This document shows positions 1 to 11,787 of a stretch of DNA of 64,000 bases, in pieces (the first letter of the stretch is position 1; the number at the start of each line of letters is the position of its first letter). The position numbers and the translations under genes are program-made. The notes under the pieces are model-generated. The model saw only the letters and a list, made by a program, of their open reading frames with translations. It made no database searches and was not told the DNA's origin. This DNA comes from Mizuhopecten yessoensis (Eukaryota). Where the stretch lies: assembly GCF_002113885.1 (NCBI RefSeq), contig NW_018408842.1:178074-242073 (forward strand), written 5' to 3'.

Positions 1-249
1 AAAAAAAAAAAAAAAAAATGTAAAAAAATGTAATCCCAATATTTTACCGGCTTACGGTTTGAGAGCGCGTCGCATTACCTAAATATTTGGCGATTGTAGA
101 CAGAAGTAATTAACCATTTGTCAGCTGCTGTGAGTTGTGTTCCTCGTTGTGTGTATTTCAACTTAACGATCCGCATATACATGTTCAAGTGATCATTCTC
201 ATGTTGTACTCTCTCTCTCTATTAGAGGAAATATTTTGGTTTTGCAATC

Positions 250-660
250 TTGACTTATTTACAAAGTTTCATTTGAACAAACTTTGTAGCCCTTCATCTC
301 AGCATGATATTGGCCAAATATCATCACCCTGGACATTTTGGTTATTGAGAAGAAGTTGTTTAAAGTTTTTAACATATTTGACCCCTCTGACCTTGATTAT
401 GGGTGAAGGTCATTCATTTGAACAAACTTTGTAGACCTTCATCTCAGCAAGCTACTGGCCAAATATCATCATCCGGAGCATTTTGGTTATTCAGAAGAAG
501 TTGTTTAAGTTTTTAACATATTTGACCCCTGTGACCTTGAATATGGGTGATGGTCATTTATTTGAACAAACTTTGTAGACCTTCATCTCAGCATGCTACT
601 GGCCAACTATCATCACCCTGGGCATTTTGGTTATTCAGAAGAAGTTGTTTCAAGGTTTTT
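250..660 (+). repeat. About 3 units of a ~145-bp tandem repeat, remnant of a HINE-type array
   Basis: Repeats of GACCTTGA...GGTCATTCATTTGAACAAACTTTGTAG...CTTCATCTCAGCATG...TTTTGGTTATT; same unit as in 665-1779. Confidence 0.8.
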
Positions 661-664
661 TAAG

Positions 665-1779
665 ACAAGAGGCCCAATGGGCCTGCATCGCTCACCTGGT
701 ATCTCACATTTGTAATCTTAAAAGTGGACTAAAATACAGCTACAGGCAGAATATCAGTGTTTGATTCATAAGAACCTATTAAAAGATTTAAAAATATGAC
801 GCTTGTGACCTTGAATGTCGAACAAGGACATCAGGTTGAAAGTGGATCAAGGTCATTCATTTGAACAAACTTGGTAGTCCTTCATCCCAGCATGATACAG
901 GCCTAATTTCAGTACCCTGGGTCTTTTGGTTATTGAGAAGTTGTTTGAAGATTTTAAAACATTTGACCCCTGTGACCTTGAAAGCTGGTCAAGGTCATTC
1001 ATTTCAACAAAATTGGTGGCCCTTCATCCCAGCATGCTACAGGCCTAATATCAGTACCCTGGGCGTTTTGGTTTTTGAGAAGAAGGCGTTTGAACATTTT
1101 AAGACATCTGACCCCAGTGACCTTGAAAGTTGGTCAAGGCCAAACATTTTAACAAACATGTTAGCCCTTCATCCCAGCATGCTACAGGCCCAATATCAGT
1201 ACCCTGGGCCTTTTAGTTATTGAGAAGAAGTTGTTTGAAGAATTTAAGACATGACCCCTTTGACCTTGAAAGTGGGTCAAGATCGTTCATTTTACCAAAC
1301 TTGGTAACCCTTCATCCCAGCATGCTACAGGCCCAATATCAGTACCCTGGGCCTTTTGGTTATTGAGGAGAAGTCGTTTGAAGATTTTAAGACATCTGAC
1401 TCCAGTGACTTTGAAAGTGGGTCAAGGTCATTCATTTGAACAAACTTTGTAGACCTTCATCCCAGCATGCTACAGGCCCAATATAAGTACCCTGGGCTTT
1501 TCGGTTATTGAGAAGAAGTTGTTTGAAGATTTTAACATATTTGACCCCTGTGACCTTGAAAGTGGGTCAAGGTCATTTATTTGAACAAACTTTGTAGCCA
1601 TTCATCTCAGCATGCTACAGGTCTAATATCAGTACCCTGGGCCTTTTGGTAATTGAGAAGAAGTTGTTTAAAGTAAAAAGTTGACGCCGGACAGACGGAC
1701 GACGGACGGTCGGTCGGACGGACGGACGACGGACGCCGCACTATAACATAAGCTCACTTGCCCTTCGGGCATAAGCTCT
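665..1779 (+). mobile_element. Non-autonomous Helentron-type element (HINE/pearl-like) carrying about 6 x 145-bp satellite units
   Basis: 5' end ACAAGAGGCCCAATGGGCC...GCTCACCTG; unit starts at 972, 1117, 1260, 1405, 1550; GACG/GGAC microsatellite 1685-1738; 3' GCTCACTTG plus hairpin GCCCTTCGGGC (1760-1770). Confidence 0.8.
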
Positions 1780-1782
1780 AAT

Positions 1783-2408
1783 GAGGAGACCGGGGCAAGT
1801 TCGGCCCATTTTTATTAAAGTCCGTTCTGGGAAGTTTGGCAGCACGTCCGTTTTTTAACATTATTCAATTTTCCTTGTCGGAAGATCGGATGGCCGAACG
1901 AGCCCCGCCATGGGATAAGTTCGGAGAGGCATTCGGTTAAGTTCGGCCCCATTGGAATCAGCTTAATTATAACGTCATAAAACATACAACGTCAGATTTT
2001 ACCGCCAACTTTTCGACTTTTTATGTGTTACATTGGCCGAACTTGCCACGATATCATTGGCCGAACCTGTCCGGGCCCATATTGGTATTTCAATAAATTC
2101 TTACCGTACAACAATATTGTAGTGAGTGTTTGGCTTGGCTCTTATGTATATTATTTGAAGCTGTCGGTGTGTTATACGTTTGACCGTAAAAGATAGCAAT
2201 TCCGTTTACAGAAAGTTCGCATAACTAGAAGCGAGATCATGAGTTTCTTTCTACCCTCTCAAACGTAATTTGTTATTTTCCATTAGAGCTTTCCTCGACC
2301 TTTTTCGTGTGAATCCCCAGCCAACTAAGCTGCTAAGATCCTTAAAGTTGTAATTGTTAGCTCAAAAACAAAAATATCAGGGGTGGCTGAACTTGCCCCG
2401 GTTTCCCG
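1783..2408. mobile_element. MITE with ~24-bp terminal inverted repeats (Tc1/mariner-pogo-like)
   Basis: Left GGAGACCGGGGCAAGTTCGGCC, right GGCTGAACTTGCCCCGGTTTCCCG followed by TA; internal repeats of GGCCGAAC/GTTCGGCC. Confidence 0.65.
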
Positions 2409-2537
2409 TATGTAGATTTTTTGTATCGTTGATGATTGGTGAAAATGTATTCACAGCATAATTTTTGCATTAATGACGACATTTTCTTCCAGTCAAAGCT
2501 AAAGTAGATATTTGTTCTTGTGCGTAACGTATATGAT

Positions 2538-2720
2538 GGGTCGGGTGGCGCAGTGGATATCGCGCTCATCTCCACCAAGATGGCCGGATTCGATCCCGGT
2601 CACCTGCCCGACCACGCGGGTTTTCTCCAGATACTCCATCTTCCTCCCACATTAAGAATTAAATCCTCCGCGTACTTCCGTCAGTGCACAAAGAGAATGA
2701 TTGAGATAAGTTGGGGAAAA
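2538..2720 (+). mobile_element. tRNA-derived SINE with V-domain-like core
   Basis: A box TGGCGCAGTGG, B box GGATTCGATCC, then GGGTTTTCTCCAGATACTCCATCTTCCTCCCAC resembling the V-SINE core. Confidence 0.65.
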
Positions 2721-4264
2721 ACTGTTTGGTAATTGCTATAGAAAAAAGGCCATATTACATATTTGACGACAAAGCTAAGCAAATGTATAGAGATGTTATT
2801 TAGAAAAGTGAAACTAAAAAAAGAAAACATTGTAATACTTTGATGTAACTGAGATTGTTGTTATATCTATATGTAGTCTCAATTCCTATTACACCCTGAA
2901 ACACCGGATCTAATTTCAAATTCTGTAACTGACACCGAGTTTTGACAGGTAATGACGCCAAATAAATTTAAGTAATTTGTGTCTGTAACTAGTTATAAAT
3001 CGGCACGCGTTGTGAAAAAAGTAATACGTTACTGAAAAAAGGGCACTGAACTCGGGTTGGTTGTCTGGACTATTATTGTTGATTTCGACATAAATGAATT
3101 AATCATTGTTTCTTTTATGAGTGGTAATACTACATAAATTATGAAAAGACTATAACCAGATTTAAAAAAATGTTAATTATTTCGTTCATATTTTCAACAA
3201 AATGGAAATGAAAAGCTGATGAATTTTAGACGATGAAAAATAAATGTACACGCTGAACATTGGTTTAATGCGGCACTTCTTGAAAACATCTCCCAGTAGA
3301 AGTATTAACAGAACCTGGTTGATGACAAGAGGATCGTCAGAAAATAGCCGCATTTAAACTTTTTGTGCCTGTGGCAAAAACTGATTAATTTGTCATGAAG
3401 CACCGACAAAGAGATAAATGCAACGGACATCAGTTCCAAGATTTTCCAGTTATTTTTTTATCCTTCTGGAAATAACCGATGAAGGCCGAAGGAGTGTGAC
3501 GTGCTTGTGACGTCATAGTATGATGATCTCTGAACGAAGTTTCATACCTGCTAGTATCATAATTTATGTGATAGATTTGTTTTAAGTAATAAAACATGAG
3601 TATGGTTTCACTATATGAAGAGGTTCATATATGGGTTTAAACACAATTGTCTTTGCTTCGATGATACACTTCCGGTTTCCCCACTGGACGTGTACTTCCG
3701 GACGAAAAAAAGGCAATGTGTATCAAGGGGAAGCAACTCTGTTTACGCACGCATGTGTTACCATTAAAGAGCTACGCTCGGGCGTCTATGGCGCCCGAGA
3801 GCTAAGCTCTTATAATATTCTGTCGCTTTCCACATAAACAGCATAAAGCACAAAGCATATAGAAAATTTGATATAAACAAGTATATAATAATATCGTAGA
3901 ATTATAAATAAATACTTTCAACGTAAACAACCACATCATACTATATCACCGTTTCACGTATTAAGGGTTCAGTTAGATTCATAAGGGTTCATGCTTTAGA
4001 CATCCTTTTTTAAAATCTGTTCTCAACAATTTTTATAAAAACTGAATCTGACGTGATTGGCATCCTTAAAATATTTTCGTCATAAGTGGAACGCCGCCGT
4101 ATACTTATCATTTATATTAATTAATACTTATATTAGTGAGACAAAATAACTGACATACTCAAAAAAGTGATTTAAGAACGAAGGATCCCTTTTTATAATA
4201 TTCTTTGGATAACGCGAACATTAATAAATACAGCAGTTTCAATAAAGATACATGTACAATGTAC

Positions 4265-5732
4265 CTACACAGTAAAGATGCAGTGTTGCTAAAAGAGTTG
4301 ACGTATTGGCGGACGTCATATTGACCACGACACGAGATTAAGAGGAATCGGAGATAGTCTAGAAGTAGCTCGTGTTTAGTAAGATTACCCCGGTCAGGTT
4401 GATGTTGAAGTACTACCGAACTAACATGGAGTCGGAAAGTTCAAGCGATCTCTTTGTCACATAACCGATAGTAGCACAATTGTGTACGATCATAAATTGC
4501 TCAAAGATATTTTGCGATACGTTTTTTTTTCTTAGTTTCACTTACTTTGTCTTTGAAATAAAGATTATTTTCCAAATTTCCCTGGTCATAATGCCGCACC
4601 ACAATGTTGATATCCGGAGCCACAGACGACACCTCACACTTGACACTGTCCAAAGCTTCCTTTATCCTCGCTATGAGTACTATGAGTTAAAGTAAGAAGA
4701 AGAAGTTAAGGTAGTCACGAGTGAGTTTATTGCAATAAGAAATAAGCGAGATTCTCTGAAGGACACCGTTTTAGATTTACAGTGTAGATCAATGAAATTT
4801 TCGCGATAACGAATTAGGATTAGGAGAAAACATACTATTCGGAAATGTGCATAGATTCGGGAAATGGATAGAAGGGAAAGCGAGACCAATAGTGGCACAT
4901 TTTATCTCCCAGACAAAACGTTCTCTAAAGAGCTAGGTGACCGAAAGGGAAGAACTATAGCATTTGAGAACAGTTTCCCTTGACTGTTGAGACAAGCAGT
5001 AGAAAGTGATACCCTGTCATGAAAGTAAATAGGCAGGAAGGAAGTACAACACAATGCTCTGTATTTGCTACATAGATAAACAGTGTTTTTGCAAATGCAA
5101 GTGAAACATGGGGTCATCATAAAGCTCCACATGTAAACCTGTTTATTCAGAGTACAGCAAATGTTTACATGTATCAAGTATAAGACTATAATCTCATGAT
5201 CTTAACATAGAGAAAGGTAGACATGATAATATTTCGAGACAAGACAGAATGTGTACATGCTGCAATTAAGCCGAAATTGAGTTGAATTCCATTTTTTACT
5301 TAAATGTCCATTTGATTCAGATTTACGTCAAAATTATATTAAGATTTTTTTTTTTTTTATCGAAAACCTAGTATATTCAAGCTAGTTCACTTATTAAGTG
5401 TAAACAATGTTAAAGAATAAAATAAACCGGGAAAATTTGTACATTTGACATTCAAGGAAAAAAATAATATATTGAAGGGTTGATTATGATATTGTTTAAT
5501 CTAAGCATGAAAACACTCCGTTATGACTCTCTCTCTCCGCTTGTTTATATTATTGTACATATTTATGTTTGTAGTTGCAACTTATGGGCCGCAAGGCCTA
5601 AGGAATAATGAACATTGAGTTAGGGGGAAGCTTAGCCCCAAACTGTAGTGCTATAGATCTCCCAATAAATATGCTGGCACCTGTAATGGCTAAAAAGTTT
5701 TTTTTTAGAAACATGTTTGGTTGTGCCGCAAA
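4265..5732 (-). pseudogene. SPR-like pseudogene A (exon 1 only; Ala-Arg class), split by a LINE insertion
   Basis: 4265-4689 and 5616-5732 align with exon 1 of the intact paralogs (LIARIKEALDSVK, IVHNCATIG, VVNMTSA); start codon mutated, stops and frameshifts present. Confidence 0.85.
4690..5622 (+). mobile_element. Internally deleted CR1/L2-group LINE (ORF1 fragment plus ORF2 C-terminus and 3' tail)
   Basis: Decayed peptides LDLQCRSMK, FGNVHRFGKWIEGKARPIVAHF, EQFPLTVE..YPVMK (ORF1-like); SHDLNIEKGRH..RMCTCC..EFHFLLKCP..RKPSIFKLVHLLSVNN (ORF2 C-terminal zinc-finger region); 3' hairpin GGCCGCAAGGCC; TGAGTTA at both junctions. Confidence 0.75.
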
Positions 5733-8700
5733 TCTGCTATTTTATGCACCTGCAAACATATGTGATGTTATTCGGCTGTGATATATAACAGCATATCTAA
5801 TATGTGCCTTTATCAACGTTTATAGTAATATATCTATATTTTATATATATAAAAGCTCCCCGACAGTTGGGAACCAACGTGAGATATGAAGTGCAGAGAG
5901 AAGTGGTCCTACCTTTGCTATTGACAGTCATATCATACACTGTCACGTGTTCAAAGTCCAAAGGAGAAGTTCAAAAGAGTTGAAATAAAGGCAGTAGGTC
6001 AATGTTGTTCTCTGTATTGACCCTTAAATAGAATTATACAGGGCCTCACATAAGCCGGCTATTACCCTACATGTATATGTACAGTGGGATACGGCAACTC
6101 TTTGTGTTTCGATTTTCCGATGTCCCATGAAAAGAAGACATGGACAAACACACACACCTCTCCCATTGTGAAGGAAAGACCCATATGAGTCGCCTTTTAC
6201 GACTACTATATTCAGATTGTTTCATCGTTAGTTCGTACATCTTATGTATTGTACACCTTGATAAGCTTAACGTATTTAAACAAAGTCATGTTTATCCATA
6301 AACCGATCTGACATGATATATTATACTTCACTCTTCTAAGACGTGTCATTGAATTAACCAGATCCCACGTAGTTGGCCCGGGAGGATATTGGTCGGTCCG
6401 AGATATGGCCTATATACAGCTTGAAGTATCGTAATGGCAAACATATCCATTTCCCTGACAAGTATACGATGAATATGTATGTTTGTATAAAGACATACGT
6501 GTAGGTATGGTTGTATATACATGTACATTTCTATTGTTTAATGAAACATGCTTACGATATTCACTTTACATACAAGTTTACATCTACATTATGGTCATGG
6601 ACCTAATGGAATGAATTTTACTTAACAGATAGTTTATGCAGATATAAAGGCTGAAAGGTTGTCTCGTTCTCCTAAACGTTGACTCCATGTATTCCTCAAT
6701 GAAATGAAATAATTTCACGACGTCGGAAGGAAGATATCGATCGCAATGGGCACCTATTTTTGTAGCGTAATTATACATTCTCAACCTTATCTGATTGCCA
6801 TATCCATGCAAGGTACACATAGCATGTAAATGTATCCTAAATAACTAATTTGTTTGCAATTTAAATGTATTTCAACATTCTGGAACAGAAATGCGGATAT
6901 GTTCTACTGTAGTTTAAGGTTTCTTGGTTAAAAGAATGTCACTAGATTTTACGAGAACATACCTAAATTCCCTTATAAATACTTAGTCCAAAGCTCCTAT
7001 AGCAGATATTTGTATGAAAAGTTACAGTTAAAACAAAAAACATCAAAATGGGAAATTGTGACACCACCCAAAAGGAATGGGTGCACCAGGTTCTTTTCCT
7101 TTGGATTTTATTTTTTGGAAGAAACTAAGTTGTCTCCTGTCACACTCTATCCCATGTGGCTGTTGGTTATCGTATTGTGGAACATGCTTGTTTAAGTGGC
7201 TGTCTAATGGTTCATTAGTGTGTAAACTGGAAGTGTTCCTTATGGTTCCCACAGTGCGCAAGGCAGTTTTCCGCTCTTGAGTTTATACTCTAAACCAAAG
7301 TAGGACAAACTATGCAGTTGCAAACACCGCTTGAACAATGGTCGGTCGTGGTGACGTAACCATGTAAAGATTGCGACAAACCAGTACCGATTCGGTTACC
7401 AATTTTAGAATCTAGGCGCCATTTGTTACTGCATACGGTTCATGTGCTGATGGATTGGGGATGTACTTTTAGGACAACCATACTTGATTTGTCAGTCCCC
7501 AATCCATGCAGACATATGTGGCAGTAATTAGTCTAACTAACAGGTACAATTTACCAACAGTAACTGGCCTTACCTGGTATAGAATCATAATTAATATAAC
7601 ATATCAGCATGCTGTAATCAGCATCGGTGATTGTTTACATTTCAATATGCTGAAATCTGGACTGTATACCAGCATCTTGTTTACTGAAGTATAGGGATTC
7701 GCTATCTACTCATTCAGTTATATCATACAAACACATACGGATTGTATAGACGTTGCAATTTTACCACTTTACTATCCCATATCATATATATTTCATTTAC
7801 AGTATATATCTATTTTGTAACACTATTTAACAATAACATGAATTCTTTGTAACCAACTGATTACTTCCGGTTCATGTACACATATCCGGTTCAACACGTA
7901 AATTGGAATAACAACAGATGGTGGGACTTGATCTCATTAAGTGACGTACTGGATTGTGTCACGCAATTCAAAATGTTAGACCAGCAGTATACTAGTACTT
8001 AATACTGACAAGACTTACTCCAGTTCTCTGCCTAACAAAATTATTGTATGGGAAGCTTTCATTCAGTGAATTGAAAAGCCTCCAATGTTTTTATGGTATT
8101 AAGTGAAGTCTCTGTTGATATACATCTATTTGATGAAAAGAATCCATACCGTAGACAGGGAGAGGAGCATCAGACGAGACTGCTAAGCACTGCTGCTCCA
8201 TATAGATAAAATGATTGTATGGACTATGCAGTATCGTTGTTTAGTCCAGGGTGCAGTCATGTTAATTTGATGCTTTTGTTTACTCCTCAAAGGAGGCGTA
8301 AACGTAAAAATGGTCAATTGGATACAATGTAGCACTCGAAGACCTGACGGAAAGCCTGAAGAAACCGTTTGATAAACACTGTATTCAATTTGTAAAAACA
8401 AACAAAACATAACCAATGATCGAATATTGAACTTTCATTAACAAGGAGTGAGTGGAGGGATGTAAAAAAGCACAATTGCATTACTTTTGTTGATGAACAC
8501 CTAACAATATATATTTGATATTATTTCAAGGCAAATTGAGCTGTTTCGTTTGTACGACATATCATTTGATACGTTATACCATGGAATGCTTCACCAGCGA
8601 ATATTTACTAGGGAATATCTATCAACACAATTGTTTTGCCGAATTATAATACATTTTGAGCAGTAAACCCTCAGCCCATTCGATGTTTACATAATATGTA

Positions 8701-9439
8701 TTATTACACCGTTTCTCCGGTAAAACGACATAGCATTTCTGCATACATATCACAACTAAAAAATGGAGGGGGTATGAAATTAAAAACAAATTCCAGCTGA
8801 TGACCTGATGTATCAATATTGCAAAGGAATAGATTATGTTAGCTTTATAAAGATTACATGATTTTGAAAGTATTAAACACTTGAAAAATTAAGTTTTTCT
8901 TATTTTTCTATTAGTTCAGGAGTTCACATTGCATTCTGCAACATTCTGTTCTTGATTTCTAAAGCCATGGAGTTCTTTCATATACAACTAACAATGGGCA
9001 TTTAATAACATTTAGCAGGTATGTAAGTATAAAAACAGATAGGTGTTCCCTTATTTGCACAATGTTAAAACAAAGAATGTTAATAGATAAATGCTTTTCC
9101 ATATACTACGGTGGCCCTTACATATTCTCTTGTCTTTTGCTTAGTTTAGTCATGTAACTGAATATTTGGTAAGATATTTGTCAGTCCGACGTTGACTTAC
9201 AGCTATCTTGTATTGATTGATTATAAGCTTTTCCATGTTATGTTTTGTGTCTGTGCTAGGTAGCAGGTAATGTATGCCATTACATGACATTTTACTTGAC
9301 ACCGGTGATGGTATATCAAGTTTCATGTGCGTGTATTAGTGACGCATGTGCCGAGTTTGATCACCTGAGTCTAGAACACCGATGCATACATTTTAACAAA
9401 ATGCATGCCACTTCAAATGTATAAAGCCTAAAGTCTTAT

Positions 9440-9841
9440 CAGTGACAAGTTTTCCTCCAGTATTTCGGCAAGCATAGCGGTTGGGGTATCTAGTTACCAT
9501 CAGTTCAAAGTTCTGAAAAAAACCAGAATGAATTTGGTCCTATTTACTTAAAATGTTACTTAAAAATTAAATTGAAATCAAGGATTAAGTAACGAGTTTG
9601 CAAAAGTTAAGTAAATATGTCTTTGAATAACCGGCGTTCGCATCAGAATGTTTATTTTCGGAGACAGAGAAAACACTACAGATCCGACCTTTTCCAACGC
9701 CAAAATCTCCATGAGTACCATGAGGGAGTGACGAGTAAACTTGGCCCCGAACTGTACTGCCATAGACTTCCCTAGTCCTCTACTCGCACCTATGAGGACT
9801 TCGAAGGTTTCCTTCAGAAAAAGATGCCGATGTTCTGCCAT
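9440..9841 (-). pseudogene. SPR-like pseudogene B (5' part of exon 1 plus decayed exon 3; acidic class)
   Basis: ORF 9578-9841 MAEHRHLFLKETF..GASRGLGKS..VLMEIL; homology lost after ~65 codons; 9445-9515 TTTCCTCCAGTAT..TTGGGGTATCT..CCATCAG..TTCTGAAAA matches exon 3 of the paralogs. Confidence 0.8.
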
Positions 9842-11787
9842 GCTGCTTTTTGGAGCTCCAAACGTTTATATTAATGACCTAAATCACTGTATTACACGAC
9901 AACAATAGGACTGAATTGCTTCAGAAAACTGTACATTTATTTGATACTATTAAAAAATGATTCGTAAATAAGACAACACAGCAGTTTTATCAGGTAAGGA
10001 CTGTCTCATATAGAGTTAATCTAATGTACAATACTAAATATAAACATGTACTATATTTATCATTAACAGGTTAAACTTTTTTCTCTTTAACTCTATATTA
10101 ATCATCTGATGATGTGATAATTAAACTATTTACTTAATTTATTTTACTATCTATAGATTCTAGACTCTAGAAACAGTTACACGTTTGTGTTTTCCTTGTA
10201 GTCGAATTAAGACATATAGTACCGAATTGTCAATATAAAGGTAATTTGAAGTAATTTGTTAATGGTTTATTTCATTACTATCATTGGGTAGTTGAAATGT
10301 TGAATTCTCCTAAACGAATGTTAAGAGGTATTAGTGTTTTTTTGTAGAGAAAACGCAGGTTCCCACAGAAAACGCAGTCTTCAATCTGAGCAACGTGATT
10401 TCCTGATTCGTTCGTTATAACATAGCAAATGTATACATTGATGAAACTGAATGCCAACACCAAATACCGACATTTTCCCGAATTGTTGGGGTGTTGGGTC
10501 AAAATAAAATCGTCTTGTCAATATAATCAGGATGTCATTAGTATCTACCGTGTTGATATGATTATAAGGTACGCTAAATTGAGCAATGACCATAGGGGGT
10601 ATGGTAGCACGATAATAGCAGTCATGTTAATCAAGATATTTCATTACATACAGAAATAAGAAATGATTAACATTAGTGTAATAACATCGGTACTGCCTTT
10701 GTTTGAGACATTTTGTTGAGCTATGTAATATAAAAATATGTCACATGGGTAGGTTTATCTCTAATCGGTGTTATATGTGCCTTGTTTAAACTGAATTTCT
10801 TATCTACGTATAGAGGAGTGCATCTGTCAAGGTCAATGGGTGGGTAAACAGTCTGCCTGTCGTCTGATAAATTGTGTACTTTGATGTACCTGTCCATTAT
10901 AAGTCTACTACTTGCTCGTCGATATTGCTGTATTTTGTGCGTTAACTTATGTCTCACCACACTATTATAATTACAATAATTCAAATTCAAAGTCAAATGA
11001 ATGTTCGTTTACAGGACATTACATTTTTGAGAATAGTTTACGCATCACCGTACCAAAATAAATAGTTAGACATTTTGCCAATTGGTTTGTGTATTGCAGT
11101 ATGAAGAAGAAAATTGTGAACGAAATATCTTCACAAATACGCATTGAACATTTACTATCTAATGGGGTACCTCATATGCAATACAACGTCTTCAAGATGA
11201 AATCAATTTCCATTTCATGTTGTGTAGATGTACCGTATTGGGTCCGAAACGGCCATCCATACTGGTGTGTGTGACGATTTAGGTATTTTCAAGCCTGTTA
11301 CGGAAGTCATGCTAAGAGAGACTTTAACTTAGAAATGACTTTGATCGATATGAATAATGCTATGGGACATTTTACATGCGTTAAACTTGATGGCATTGCT
11401 TAGCTCTTGGGTAGATGCACGGTTTATAATAAACACTCATCATCAATTAGAAAACTAAGCAGTACACCTCTTATGTTAAGCATGAACAAAACCCAATGTT
11501 CAATGGTGTATAATTTAAGGATTACAGGGAAAGGCGAAACAATTAGCTATCAGACATATTTCAGATTTGGTCGATTTTGATTCTGATACAGCCATACTGT
11601 AGTTTGTAAAATGTTTATCTTTTGTGGGGGCACCGTCTGTCTTTATCTGTTCATATTGTGAAATAGAAAAAGAATATGTTTGCGTTACTGCTTAGTTCGA
11701 TTTTTCCCTAACTGTCCATGTTATATATTTAACTTGTCATTTTTTTCGAATTGGCTTTTTCAAGCAATGTCTTTACAATACCCAGAA

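Noticed and set aside
135-1223. ORFs of 99 and 120 aa
   Set aside because: They lie in the 145-bp satellite units of a non-autonomous element
2538-2605. tRNA gene
   Set aside because: A and B boxes are present but there is no complete cloverleaf and the sequence continues into a SINE core
3990-4110. Possible exon-2 remnant of pseudogene A
   Set aside because: Only scattered short matches (TCTCAAC, ATCCTTA); too weak to call by eye
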